A DNA stretch of 39,250 nt, from NCBI GenBank assembly GCA_031285625.1, contig JAITVV010000022.1, positions 1 to 39,250 of the forward strand. The letters are read 5' to 3'. Shown here in pieces: positions 1 through 9,872 of the stretch (the first letter of the stretch is position 1; each line of letters opens with the position of its first letter). The translations under genes were made by a program, and so were the position numbers. The notes below the pieces were generated by a model that was given only the letters and a program-made list of their open reading frames with translations, searched no databases and was not told where the DNA came from. Source of the DNA: Prevotella sp. (GTDB lineage: Bacteria; Bacteroidota; Bacteroidia; Bacteroidales; Dysgonomonadaceae).

Positions 1-54
1 TATTGCTGACAGGTTGCTCCCCAGCAGTGCCTGTTTCCTCTTAACATCCTGACA

Positions 55-62
55 CAAAGATA
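55..62 (-). promoter_or_regulatory. Bacteroidetes sigma-70 -7 element (TATCTTTG) driving a transcript that runs off the left edge
   Basis: Exact match to TAnnTTTG on the minus strand. Confidence 0.55.
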
Positions 63-115
63 TAAAACTGAAATTAATTTAAAATAATCATCCAATTTAT
101 TTGGATTTTAACTGG

Positions 116-141
116 AAAGGCATCTTATGAAGATGCCTTTT
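116..141 (-). terminator. Intrinsic terminator downstream of the MaoC-like gene
   Basis: Perfect 11-bp inverted repeat AAAGGCATCTT-atg-AAGATGCCTTT, 22 bp past the stop. Confidence 0.75.
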
Positions 142-162
142 ATATATTTGTAAAATATTGAT

Positions 163-630
163 TTAATTAATAAAGTGATAAAGAAATATTACTGTTTCTT
201 CCAAAGCGTTTTTCGGGCTATCTTTTATTTCTAAAACAACTTTCAGTTCGGCTTTGGCAATGCCCCGCAAATTGACTAGGGAGGCTAATTTTACCCTTAC
301 TCTTACCTCATCACCGACTATTACAGGTTGATTAAACTTGAGTTTCTCAATACCATAATTAATCAGCATCTTTATGTTATTCACTTCAATAATCTGGTCC
401 CATAGATAAGGTAAGATGGAAACCATCAAATATCCGTGAGCAATAGTGTTCTTAAATGGACTTTCTTTCTTTGCTCTTTCTACATCCACATGTATCCATT
501 GATGATCAGAAGTAGCTTCTGCAAATTTGTTTATACGATCCTGTGTAATTTTTAAATAATCAGATGTTCCAAGCTCTTGACCAACATAAGATTCAAAGTC
601 CTGGTAAGAATTAATGATCAGTTTACTCAT
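163..630 (-). CDS. MaoC family (hot-dog fold) dehydratase
   Basis: FAEATSDHQWIHVD...TIAHG is the MaoC/NodN hydratase-2 motif; 155 aa. Confidence 0.9.
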   Translation of the reverse strand: MSKLIINSYQDFESYVGQELGTSDYLKITQDRINKFAEATSDHQWIHVDVERAKKESPFKNTIAHGYLMVSILPYLWDQIIEVNNIKMLINYGIEKLKFNQPVIVGDEVRVRVKLASLVNLRGIAKAELKVVLEIKDSPKNALEETVIFLYHFIN

Positions 631-894
631 AAAAATAGCTAATTAACAAATACAGGATAAAAATATTGATATTAACTGACATCTCCAAAAAATAGTTATT
701 GATATCCTATTCCTAAGCATTTTTTATTAACAAATCCTGTTGCAAAAAAGAAAAATCAGAATAAATGTGTAGCTTTGTAAAAACAGATATTAAGTAAACG
801 TTAATCATACTTGTCACATCTTAAAGTCATAACTGCTAGTTGCTGTTATACATTGAGTGGACAGTTAACAGGTCTGAGACCTTAAAATACTCTT

Positions 895-1815
895 ATGCGT
901 ATTTTTATTACGGGAGGTACAGGGTTAATCGGTAGTGCTTTAGTCCAGAAACTATTAGATCGGAAATATAGAATCACAGTCTTTAGTCGGGATATAGTCA
1001 AGGCCAGACAAAAGATAGGTGAGGAAGTTGAATTATGCTCTTCTTTAGAAGATCTGAAATCTTTTGACGGGTATGATATAATTATCAATCTGGCCGGAGA
1101 GCCTATAGCCGCTAAACGCTGGACAGTCACACAAAAAGAACGTCTATGCGATAGCCGGTGGGATGTCACACGCCGTTTGACTGAACTTATAAAGCTGAGC
1201 CATATTCCCCCATCTGTATTTATATCCGGATCAGCTATTGGCTATTATGGAGCTCAAAATGATGATTTAATAAATGAGAATGCCGAACCAAAAGAAGACT
1301 TCACTTATCATCTCTGCAAAAAATGGGAAGCTTTGGCTATGGCTACAGATAACAGGAATACACGTGTATGTATAATGCGGACTGGTATCGTTTTATCAAA
1401 GAACGGAGGAATGCTATCAAAGTTAACCATGCCATTCAGGTTAGGACTTGGATCGGTATTATCTCCTGGCACACAATTTATTTCATGGATACATATACGT
1501 GATATGATTAATGGTATTATGTATTTGATCGATATGCCTGAAGCCAGAGGTGTCTTTAATTTTACATCCCCTAATCCTGTTACAAATAAACGTTTTTCAA
1601 AAGTATTATCGCGAATCCTATTTCGTCCTTGTCTTTTCACAATACCTGCTTTTTTGATCAAGATGGTAATGGGAGAACGGGCTACACTGATTGTAGATGG
1701 TCAACGGGCTATACCTCAACATTTACTTGATATGCATTACCGGTTTTCATTCGAACATATAGATGAAGCCTTAAAAAATGTATTGGATCATAAAGAATCT
1801 ATCGAGAAAGAATAA
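895..1815 (+). CDS. TIGR01777 family NAD-dependent epimerase/oxidoreductase (YfcH-like)
   Basis: ITGGTGLIG Rossmann motif, INLAGEPIA, SGSAIGYYG and SWIHIRD; TAGCTTTG promoter at 770-777. Confidence 0.92.
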   Translation: MRIFITGGTGLIGSALVQKLLDRKYRITVFSRDIVKARQKIGEEVELCSSLEDLKSFDGYDIIINLAGEPIAAKRWTVTQKERLCDSRWDVTRRLTELIKLSHIPPSVFISGSAIGYYGAQNDDLINENAEPKEDFTYHLCKKWEALAMATDNRNTRVCIMRTGIVLSKNGGMLSKLTMPFRLGLGSVLSPGTQFISWIHIRDMINGIMYLIDMPEARGVFNFTSPNPVTNKRFSKVLSRILFRPCLFTIPAFLIKMVMGERATLIVDGQRAIPQHLLDMHYRFSFEHIDEALKNVLDHKESIEKE

Positions 1816-1835
1816 TTGAAATAAATAATAACACC

Positions 1836-2924
1836 ATGAAACTGATTAAATTTTGTATTCTAATATTATTATCTGCTATTACAACTATAGTTTCGGCACA
1901 AAATAATAAGCCACTCCGGCTTGGTGTAGCAGGTCTTTCCCATGGGCATCTCTGGGAAGTTTTATCGCGACTAGACAGAGGAGATTTTGAAGTCGTAGGA
2001 ATAGCTGAAAAGAATATGCAGTTATGGCAGAATAAGATATTAAAAGAAAAAGTTTCGGAAGATCGTTTTTTCCAGGATCTGGGTGAAATGTTAGATAAAG
2101 CAAAACCAGAAGCGGTAATTGTTTATGAAAGTATATATGACCACTTGCGTGTAGTTGAAGAATGCGCTCCCCGTGGAATCCATGTAATGGTTGAAAAACC
2201 ATTGGCTACCACGGCAGCTCAGGCAAAACGTATAGAAGAGCTGGCACATAAATATAATATTATGGTACTCACCAATTATGAAACGACCTGGTATCCGGCA
2301 AATCATAAAGCTTACGATTTAGTCAAAAGCGGACAGGTGGGTAATGTATCGCGAATTAATGTATATGATGGACATAGTGGTCCTGTAGAAATAGGATGTG
2401 GCCCTGAGTTTCTCGAATGGCTCACCGACCCAGTAAAAAATGGAGGAGGTGCGGTTATTGATTTTGGCTGTTATGGTGCAAATCTGAGTACTTGGATAAT
2501 GAATGGCCAAAAGCCGAAAAGTGTTTTTGCCACATTAAAGCAACAAAAACCGAGTGTCTATCCAAAGGTAGATGATGATGCAACTATCGTATTGGAATAT
2601 CCGAACGTGACAACTATTATTATGGCTTCATGGAACTGGCCTATAAGCCGTAAGGATATGCATATCTATGGTAATAAAGGATACGTATATCAGGATAATG
2701 CAACTGATATGCGTATATATGAAAACAAAGAGACAAAACTTCACGCAGATAAACTGCCGGAACCATATAATGACTCCTTCTATTATCTGAAAGCCGCTGT
2801 AAGAGGAGAAATAAGTGTAAAACCAACAGATTTGTCCTCACTCGAAAATAATATGATAGTTGTTGAAATATTAGAAGCAGCTATTAAAAGCAATGAAACA
2901 GGAAAGGCTGTAAAATTGAATTAA
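1836..2924 (+). CDS. Gfo/Idh/MocA family oxidoreductase with a Sec-type signal peptide
   Basis: HVMVEKPLA and GGGAVIDFGCY motifs; N-terminal hydrophobic signal ending VSA-Q. Confidence 0.88.
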   Translation: MKLIKFCILILLSAITTIVSAQNNKPLRLGVAGLSHGHLWEVLSRLDRGDFEVVGIAEKNMQLWQNKILKEKVSEDRFFQDLGEMLDKAKPEAVIVYESIYDHLRVVEECAPRGIHVMVEKPLATTAAQAKRIEELAHKYNIMVLTNYETTWYPANHKAYDLVKSGQVGNVSRINVYDGHSGPVEIGCGPEFLEWLTDPVKNGGGAVIDFGCYGANLSTWIMNGQKPKSVFATLKQQKPSVYPKVDDDATIVLEYPNVTTIIMASWNWPISRKDMHIYGNKGYVYQDNATDMRIYENKETKLHADKLPEPYNDSFYYLKAAVRGEISVKPTDLSSLENNMIVVEILEAAIKSNETGKAVKLN

Positions 2925-2930
2925 TCCATC

Positions 2931-3638
2931 TTATTTTGCCATTGCAATAGAACGCATTTCCTGAGGCATTTTCTCTATTGCATATCGTAAAGATGTACGC
3001 GGCATGACGGCCTTTTTTGAAATAACATAATCAAATATTTCATCCCGGTATGCTTCACTGGAGGCTTTGAGCATCCATCCGTACCCCTTTTGTACCAAAT
3101 CGTCAGAATCAAGAAGTAGTGTATTTGCTATTTCAAAGATATCATTTAAAAATAATCCTTTCCGTGCCGGGATTATTAATGTTACTGCTGCCGCACGTTT
3201 TACCCAACGGTTGTCAGATTTAGCCCATTTCTTCAATTCAGAGATGTATGTGGGATACATTTCTATAAAGGTGCCTACTGTATGATTACAGAGGGTGTCA
3301 CAAGAGCCCCAGTTATTCACATAAGAGGATACCCATTTACTAAAAGTAATAAAATCATCAGGTTGATAATCTTCATGGATGTAATACGACAGATTACAGG
3401 CTACAAGAGATTCTTCAAGGTAGCCTGACATCCAAAGCTCGCTACATAAATCAAAAATATAAGATTTGGGTCTATGTTTTATGTATTCAAAAAGCTCTTT
3501 GCTTATTTTGTTGACCAACGGTATTCTTATACCATAAAATTTGATTTTTTCTTTAAAATAATTTTGGCTTGTAGCTTGTGTTTTTGCATCCACATTATCT
3601 TTTAAATTCTGACGGATTTGTACTAGTATATCTTTCAT
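2931..3638 (-). CDS. DNA alkylation repair protein (AlkD-like HEAT-repeat family)
   Basis: NNWGSCD, W..SDNRWVKR, DDLVQKGYGWMLK and RTSLRYAIEK motifs; TATATTTG promoter at 3670-3677 (-). Confidence 0.88.
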   Translation of the reverse strand: MKDILVQIRQNLKDNVDAKTQATSQNYFKEKIKFYGIRIPLVNKISKELFEYIKHRPKSYIFDLCSELWMSGYLEESLVACNLSYYIHEDYQPDDFITFSKWVSSYVNNWGSCDTLCNHTVGTFIEMYPTYISELKKWAKSDNRWVKRAAAVTLIIPARKGLFLNDIFEIANTLLLDSDDLVQKGYGWMLKASSEAYRDEIFDYVISKKAVMPRTSLRYAIEKMPQEMRSIAMAK

Positions 3639-3833
3639 ATTATATCTGAATCTGTTTTTCCTCTATCCACAAATATAAAAAAGTAATTTTTTTCATTCTA
3701 CTTTCATATATATAAAAATTATCTATGTCTCATTATGTAAAAAAGTCACAATAAATATATCTTATTCAAAAACTTCCCTGTATTTTTAAGGTTAATAATA
3801 AGTATTTAATACCCAATTCTAAATTTTTAGCCC

Positions 3834-4967
3834 ATGAAAATACACGAATATCAAGCTAAAGATCTATTCTCATCTTATGACATCCCTGTAAAAAATTATG
3901 TATTATGTCACGAAGCTGGTGAAGCAGGAAAGGCTTATGATCAACTGGCAATGGAATATGTAGTGGTAAAAGCTCAGGTACTTATCGGTGGACGCGGCAA
4001 AGCCGGTGGTGTAAAATTAGCCAGAAGTAGAGAGGAAGCATTACATCATGCAGATAATATTCTGAAACTGACAATCAAAGATTACCCTGTAACAAAAATT
4101 ATAGTTACTGAAGCTGTAGATATTAAGTCGGAATATTATATGAGCTTCATCATTGACCGTAATACAAAATCGGTAGTATTAATGATGTGTACAGAAGGAG
4201 GGGTGGATATTGAAGAGGTAGCGGCAAAATCTCCTGAAAAAATCCATAAATTTTCAATTGACCCGCTAGTTGGTTTACCAGATTATCTTGCACGGAAATT
4301 TGCATTTGTAATGTTTAATGATATTTCTCAGGTCAATCAAATGACTGTTATTTTACAGAAATTATATAAGCTATTTATAGATAAAGATGCCTCATTAGCT
4401 GAGATTAATCCTCTTGTCCTTACAGATCAGGGTAATCTGGTTGCTGTAGATGCAAAAATGACATTCGATGATAATGCGCTATACCGACAGCCGGATGTGC
4501 TGAATCTGTTTGAACCTACAGAAGACGAAAAGGTAGAGGCTGCCGCTAAAGAAAAAGGATTTAGCTTCGTTCATCTTGATGGAGAAATAGGATGTATGGT
4601 AAATGGAGCGGGACTGGCCATGGCAACAATGGACATGATAAAACTATATGGAGGTACCCCGGCTAATTTCCTAGATATAGGTGGCAGTTCTAATCCGAAT
4701 AAGGTAATTGATGCAATGACCTTATTGTTGAAAGATCCAAAAGTAAAAGTAGTGTTGATCAATATATTTGGTGGGATAACCCGCTGTGATGATGTCGCAT
4801 CGGGTTTGCTCACTGCTTTCGAACAGTTAAAAACAGATATTCCTGTCATTGTACGTCTGACCGGAACCAACGAGAAGGAAGGCAGGAAGATGCTTCAGGG
4901 AACCCGTTTCAATGTAGCCGAAACAATGGGGGAAGCAACTCTAATGGCTGTGGAAGCATCCAAATAA
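3834..4967 (+). CDS. sucC: Succinyl-CoA ligase subunit beta
   Basis: MKIHEYQAK, GGRGKAGGV, GCMVNGAGLAMATMD and NFLDIGG motifs. Confidence 0.98.
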   Translation: MKIHEYQAKDLFSSYDIPVKNYVLCHEAGEAGKAYDQLAMEYVVVKAQVLIGGRGKAGGVKLARSREEALHHADNILKLTIKDYPVTKIIVTEAVDIKSEYYMSFIIDRNTKSVVLMMCTEGGVDIEEVAAKSPEKIHKFSIDPLVGLPDYLARKFAFVMFNDISQVNQMTVILQKLYKLFIDKDASLAEINPLVLTDQGNLVAVDAKMTFDDNALYRQPDVLNLFEPTEDEKVEAAAKEKGFSFVHLDGEIGCMVNGAGLAMATMDMIKLYGGTPANFLDIGGSSNPNKVIDAMTLLLKDPKVKVVLINIFGGITRCDDVASGLLTAFEQLKTDIPVIVRLTGTNEKEGRKMLQGTRFNVAETMGEATLMAVEASK

Positions 4968-5000
4968 TTATTGATTAATTAACTTTTTAACTAAAGAACT

Positions 5001-5870
5001 ATGAGTATACTTATAAATGAATCAACACGATTGATAGTGCAAGGCATAACAGGTAGAGATGGCAGCTTTCATGCGCAAAAAATGAAGGAATATGGTACTA
5101 ATATTGTGGCTGGAACATCTCCAGGAAAAGGAGGTACAGAAATACTTGATATCCCTGTATTCAACACGGTATATGAAGCTGTAGAAAGAACACAGGCCAA
5201 TACATCGATTATATTTGTTCCTGCACGCTTTGCTGCGGATGCCATAATGGAGGCTGCTGATGCAGGAGTAAAGCTAATAATCTGCATTTCGGAAGGAGTG
5301 CCGACAATTGATGTAATTGAAGCTTATCGATTTGTTGAGCTGAAAGGAGCAATGCTTATCGGACCAAATTGCCCGGGACTAATGTCTCCTGAGAAAAGTC
5401 TGGTGGGCATTCTACCCGGACAAATATTTAAGAAGGGAAACATCGGTGTTATTAGCCGTAGTGGTACACTTACCTATGAGGTAGTCTATCACCTTACAGC
5501 TAATGGTATGGGGCAATCCTCTGCTGTAGGAATGGGAGGCGACCCTGTTGTGGGCCTTTACTTTAAGGAACTCCTGGAAATGCTGCAAAACGATCCGGAT
5601 ACAGATGCAATTGTAATGATTGGTGAAATTGGAGGAAATGCAGAAGAGCAAGCAGCTGAATATATTAAAAAATATGTTACCAAGCCTGTTGTTGGTTTTA
5701 TTGCCGGGCAATCAGCTCCTCCCGGAAAACAAATGGGTCACGCAGGAGCTATTATCTCTAGCGGATCGGGAACTGCAGCTGAGAAAATTGCAGCACTGGA
5801 AGCAGCTGGTGTAAAGGTAGCTAAAGAACCTTCGGAAATACCAGATCTACTAAAGGAAAAATTGAACTAG
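5001..5870 (+). CDS. sucD: Succinyl-CoA ligase subunit alpha
   Basis: [22 protein letters not shown] and phospho-His motif MGHAGA; directly follows sucC. Confidence 0.98.
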   Translation: MSILINESTRLIVQGITGRDGSFHAQKMKEYGTNIVAGTSPGKGGTEILDIPVFNTVYEAVERTQANTSIIFVPARFAADAIMEAADAGVKLIICISEGVPTIDVIEAYRFVELKGAMLIGPNCPGLMSPEKSLVGILPGQIFKKGNIGVISRSGTLTYEVVYHLTANGMGQSSAVGMGGDPVVGLYFKELLEMLQNDPDTDAIVMIGEIGGNAEEQAAEYIKKYVTKPVVGFIAGQSAPPGKQMGHAGAIISSGSGTAAEKIAALEAAGVKVAKEPSEIPDLLKEKLN

Positions 5871-5886
5871 CATATCAAGTAAAAAT

Positions 5887-5919
5887 AAAACCTCTTTTCA
5901 ACTACGAAAAGAGGTTTTT
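5887..5919 (+). terminator. Intrinsic terminator of sucCD
   Basis: 13-bp stem AAAACCTCTTTTC/GAAAAGAGGTTTT with a T tract. Confidence 0.85.
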
Positions 5920-6101
5920 CGTTATATTTGAAAAAGATAAAATATATAAAACAAGCCCAACCCCTAATATAATACAACACATTGATTAACAGATAATAAA
6001 ACTTTTAACAAGTAGATAAAGGCTTTCATTTTATGTTTTATTAATATTTTGTAATAACTTTAGCAAATCAAATTATAGCTTTACAATCTAAATAGAATAA
6101 T

Positions 6102-6566
6102 ATGAAGATTTGGACTACAGTTCTTTTACTTCTTTTTGCCGGATTAATTAATGCACAAACAAATCAGCAAAAAGCAATCATAGAAATAAATTCTAAATTT
6201 ACCTTGAAGCTGGTAGAAGTTGAGTCTGGTGGCTATAACTATACTCTTGCAAGTAAGGAATCATATAATCAATTATTAGACTTAAAGAAAACTCAAAATC
6301 TTTTTACAGAATCTGCTTCTGATGAGATCCAGGGAATTTTGGCATATGCAAAGATCGGAAAAGAAGTAAATGCATTCTTAATCTTACAAAGCGGATTGGA
6401 AAAGCCCTTAACATACGATTTGTATATAAAAAGAAATGATCGTCAGAATACAGAAAAGGTCTCTGTTATCAACCTGTTTCCAGATGTATCATCTACAGAA
6501 ATATGGCCTTTCCGTATAGATTATATTGTTTTTTCAGACTTTGATGATGTAATAGATGAAGATTAA
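6102..6566 (+). CDS. Hypothetical secreted protein
   Basis: 154-aa ORF with a signal peptide ending INA-Q; no family recognised. Confidence 0.75.
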   Translation: MKIWTTVLLLLFAGLINAQTNQQKAIIEINSKFTLKLVEVESGGYNYTLASKESYNQLLDLKKTQNLFTESASDEIQGILAYAKIGKEVNAFLILQSGLEKPLTYDLYIKRNDRQNTEKVSVINLFPDVSSTEIWPFRIDYIVFSDFDDVIDED

Positions 6567-6643
6567 AATAGTAAACTCGATAATTGAATTTTTTAACTAA
6601 ACATTAGACACACCTTAACACACTTACAAAACTTGATATTAAC

Positions 6644-6683
6644 AAAAAGAAAGTACAGACCTGTGACAGATCCGTACTTTTTT
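6644..6683. terminator. Terminator-like hairpin that pairs better on the minus strand
   Basis: Stem at 6650-6680 with T tracts on both strands; two G-U pairs form only on the minus strand. Confidence 0.6.
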
Positions 6684-6770
6684 AGAATTCTTTCATCAAA
6701 GCAATGGTATAAACTATAATCAAGTAAAACCTTTCTCAGTACCACTTGTTTATAAAATAAAAATATACGC

Positions 6771-7715
6771 ATGAATTATTCAGAAGATATATTAAAAGAA
6801 GCATTTGAGCAACAGACTATAATTTTGGATAATGACTATGAGGGAAAAGCAGTAAGCACTCTTATTCGAAGGAAGTCTGAAACTTCAACGAATAAAGCGA
6901 TACTATACGTACATGGATTCAACGATTATTTTTTTCAAAAAGAACTGGCATATCAGTTTAATGATCATAATATAAATTTTTATGCCATTGATCTTCGCAA
7001 ATATGGTCGTTCATACCTTTTACATCAAAAGTTTAATGATATCCGCGATCTGAAAAGCTACTATGAGGAGATTGTAAAAGCACTTGATATTATACATAAT
7101 GAAGATAATAACGAAGTTATCCTGATGGGGCATTCTACAGGAGGGCTTATTCTTACTCTCTTTGCAAAAGATTATTCGGGTAATAACTTGTTTGATGGAC
7201 TAATACTCAACAGCCCCTTTTATGATTTCAACCTCCCTCTCCATCTCAAATTATTGATTCCTGTTGCTTCCGTTTTAGGAAAAATAATTCCTTCAATAAA
7301 AATAAAAGGTGGTTTTACCGAAGAGTATGGCAAAAGCATCCATAAAAATTATTACGGAGAATGGGATTATAATTTAAAATGGAAGCCTAATATTGCACCA
7401 AAAGTAAATTTAGGATGGATAAGAGCAATACATAGGGGACAAATGGAATTAAGAAAACCTTTCTATATTCAACAGCCGGTGTTAATACTACATTCTGCAC
7501 AATCTATTACCGACAAAAACGATAAATATCAAATACAGACTACCGATACTATATTAAATGTAATTCAAATAAATAGGATAGCCCATAATATAAGAGCCAA
7601 TGTTCAAATAGAATCTATAGCAGGGGGCTTGCACGATCTTATTCTTTCTGATAAATCTGTTAGAAATAATGTGTACTCAACCATATTTAGCTGGTGGGAG
7701 AAAGAAAATTTTTGA
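6771..7715 (+). CDS. Alpha/beta hydrolase (lysophospholipase/monoacylglycerol lipase-like)
   Basis: HGFNDY oxyanion motif, DLRKYGRS, nucleophile elbow GHSTGG and C-terminal HD. Confidence 0.9.
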   Translation: MNYSEDILKEAFEQQTIILDNDYEGKAVSTLIRRKSETSTNKAILYVHGFNDYFFQKELAYQFNDHNINFYAIDLRKYGRSYLLHQKFNDIRDLKSYYEEIVKALDIIHNEDNNEVILMGHSTGGLILTLFAKDYSGNNLFDGLILNSPFYDFNLPLHLKLLIPVASVLGKIIPSIKIKGGFTEEYGKSIHKNYYGEWDYNLKWKPNIAPKVNLGWIRAIHRGQMELRKPFYIQQPVLILHSAQSITDKNDKYQIQTTDTILNVIQINRIAHNIRANVQIESIAGGLHDLILSDKSVRNNVYSTIFSWWEKENF

Positions 7716-7866
7716 TATCAGATCATCCTATTTTACGTTAATTTAATTTAAATTTTCTTACAAAAAGGGGGATTTTACAATGTTCCCATGTGTAAATTTT
7801 GTTTTGTGGATAATTTTGTATTCTCAAATGTCCAAATAGGGAAATCATTAATTAAAATTAATCCAT

Positions 7867-8964
7867 ATGAACAAAAAAATTTATTATTTATTATTTATTA
7901 TCTCATTAGGCTTATTTACAGCCTGTAGTGATGACGATGATTCCAATGAAGCCCTTATCACAAAAATGACTTTTGATAATGCAATTGTTGTGTCTCAGCC
8001 TACTATTGATGGTACTAATATTGTATTCCAAATATCTGAAGATGCAACTGCAGAAAACCTTAAAGAGCTGATTCCAACAATAGAAATATCAAGAAAGGCA
8101 ACAGTAGATCCGGCATCTGGAAGTAAAGTTGATTTCTCTGAGGGTAGTGTCAAATTCACAGTAACAGCAGAAGATGGAAAGAGTAAAACGGAATATACTG
8201 TTTCATATCAACGTGTAGGCAAATATGATTTTGAGGAGTGGATTGCAGAAAACACTCATAAAGATCCAGAGATGGTATACTATGCACCTGTTCGAGAATG
8301 GGCGTCTTGTAACCCGGGGGTATATTTCCTGAAAATGTTTAGTAAAGCAGATCGATTTTCCGTTACAAAATCAAGTAAAGAGGATGCTTATGTGGGAGAA
8401 GCTGCTGCCCGAATAGAAACACTTCAAACTAACACAGAGGATGGTAAAGGTGGAGCGTTATATCCTGTAGTTACTACGGGTACTCTATTTCTTGGTAAGT
8501 TTCAAACTGTATTAGGTAATACATTATTAAGTACAAAATTTGGTATTTCATATGCAAAAAAGCCTGTAGCAGTAAAAGGTCATTATAAATATACTCCTGG
8601 AAATAAATTTTACCGTTGTTCCGACCCAGAAAAGTATAATACTGTAACGTTAGAAGAAAACACAACTGACGAATGTGCAATTAATGCAATCTTGTATGAA
8701 ATAGAAAGCGATGAAGATGCATATCTGACAGGTGTAGATGCTTATACCTCGGATAAGCTTGTTGCTGTTGCTAAACTTGAAGATGGAACAGCAAAAGATA
8801 AATATACTGAATTTAGTATAGATCTAAAGTATACAAAGACTTATGATCCAACTAAAAAATATCGATTTGCAATAATTTGTTCTTCAAGCAAATATGGTGA
8901 TACCTTTAGTGGTGCACCAGGTAGTTTATTATATGTTGATGATATAGAAGTTATTTCGGAATAA
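7867..8964 (+). CDS. PCMD (putative carbohydrate metabolism domain) lipoprotein with an N-terminal Ig-like domain
   Basis: Lipobox FTA-C followed by SDDDD; VTAEDG motif; GTLFLGKF, KGHYKYTPG and SSSKYGDTFSGAPGS.L.VDD are typical of PCMD. Confidence 0.82.
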   Translation: MNKKIYYLLFIISLGLFTACSDDDDSNEALITKMTFDNAIVVSQPTIDGTNIVFQISEDATAENLKELIPTIEISRKATVDPASGSKVDFSEGSVKFTVTAEDGKSKTEYTVSYQRVGKYDFEEWIAENTHKDPEMVYYAPVREWASCNPGVYFLKMFSKADRFSVTKSSKEDAYVGEAAARIETLQTNTEDGKGGALYPVVTTGTLFLGKFQTVLGNTLLSTKFGISYAKKPVAVKGHYKYTPGNKFYRCSDPEKYNTVTLEENTTDECAINAILYEIESDEDAYLTGVDAYTSDKLVAVAKLEDGTAKDKYTEFSIDLKYTKTYDPTKKYRFAIICSSSKYGDTFSGAPGSLLYVDDIEVISE

Positions 8965-8976
8965 TATATTCACTCG

Positions 8977-9024
8977 AAAAAAAATAAAAGCTTCCTTTAA
9001 TTATAGGGAAGCTTTTATTTTTTT
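8977..9024. terminator. Bidirectional terminator between convergent genes
   Basis: AAAATAAAAGCTTCC...GGAAGCTTTTATTTT long inverted repeat flanked by A and T runs. Confidence 0.88.
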
Positions 9025-9036
9025 GTTTAGATAACC

Positions 9037-9546
9037 TTATTTGTAATCTTTCAGTATTTCCTGCAATCTTTTTCTTGCAAAGAAAATACGGCTTTTAACT
9101 GTGCCTAACGGCAGTTTCATTTCCTGAGCAATTTCTTCATACTTATACCCAGAAACATGCATTGTAAAGGGGACTTTGTATTCATCTGCGAAATCATCCA
9201 ATACATTTGTTATTTCCGAATAAGTATATGCTCCATCAGGTGTATCAAAACCTGAGTCCTGAGATAGGTTTAATAGATACAAATTTTCAGTTTGATCAAT
9301 GACCGTTTGACTACGTACAGCCCTCCTGTAATTATTTACAAAAATATTATGCATAATTGTAAAGACCCATCCTTTAAAATTAACATTATCATAATACTTA
9401 TCAAAATTACTTAATGCCTTGAGTGTTGTCTCTTGAGCAAGATCCTTGGCCTCTTCTTTGTTTGTTGTAAGACTTAAAGCAAAGTTAAGCATATTACTTT
9501 GCAAACCGACCAAGTTTTGTTCTAATACCTTTTTTTTAGTTTCCAT
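9037..9546 (-). CDS. ECF-type RNA polymerase sigma factor
   Basis: AKDLAQET, NFKGWVFTIMHN and region-4 YEEIAQEMKLPLGTVKSRIFFAR; TACCTTTG promoter at 9619-9626 (-). Confidence 0.95.
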   Translation of the reverse strand: METKKKVLEQNLVGLQSNMLNFALSLTTNKEEAKDLAQETTLKALSNFDKYYDNVNFKGWVFTIMHNIFVNNYRRAVRSQTVIDQTENLYLLNLSQDSGFDTPDGAYTYSEITNVLDDFADEYKVPFTMHVSGYKYEEIAQEMKLPLGTVKSRIFFARKRLQEILKDYK

Positions 9547-9815
9547 ACATCCTTATTTTTTTAAAATGAGGAGTTCTGTCTATATTGTGTGGGTTGTGAT
9601 AGCGTTACATTTGCTTTACAAAGGTATGTATATTCTTTGAAACTATTGCTAGAACAACTATTTTATTTAAGTTAAGATAAATATAAGTTAATTTTAACTA
9701 TACATATATCTATTGAGTATCAATATCTTATCATATAGTTATTAGTTGTTAGAATTGAATATAGATTTAATCTATGTGTTGAAAAGATACATTATTTAAG
9801 ATATATATAGGAATA

Positions 9816-9843
9816 AAGGCCAAACCTTATCAGGTTTAGCCTT
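9816..9843 (-). terminator. Intrinsic terminator of the tRNA-Glu/rpsT transcript
   Basis: Minus-strand AAGGCTAAACCT-gata-AGGTTTGGCCTT; the G-U pair favours the minus strand. Confidence 0.75.
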
Positions 9844-9872
9844 CACTCCTATAATAAATTATTAGTGTTTAT

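Noticed and set aside
1-50. SRP RNA helix-8 resemblance (CAGG...GAGCAAC)
   Set aside because: No GNRA-capped stem, the flanks do not pair as required, and it is too close to the inferred TSS.
6728-6750. AAC-Nx-TTGTT putative ECF promoter motif (also at 17079-17102 and 9653-9673 on minus)
   Set aside because: Spacers are inconsistent (15, 16 and 13 nt) and such words are common in AT-rich DNA.
9711-9730. Palindrome TATTGAGTATCAATA overlapping an IHF-like TATCAATATCTTA
   Set aside because: AT-rich single instance with no associated recombination or mobile feature; function cannot be supported.
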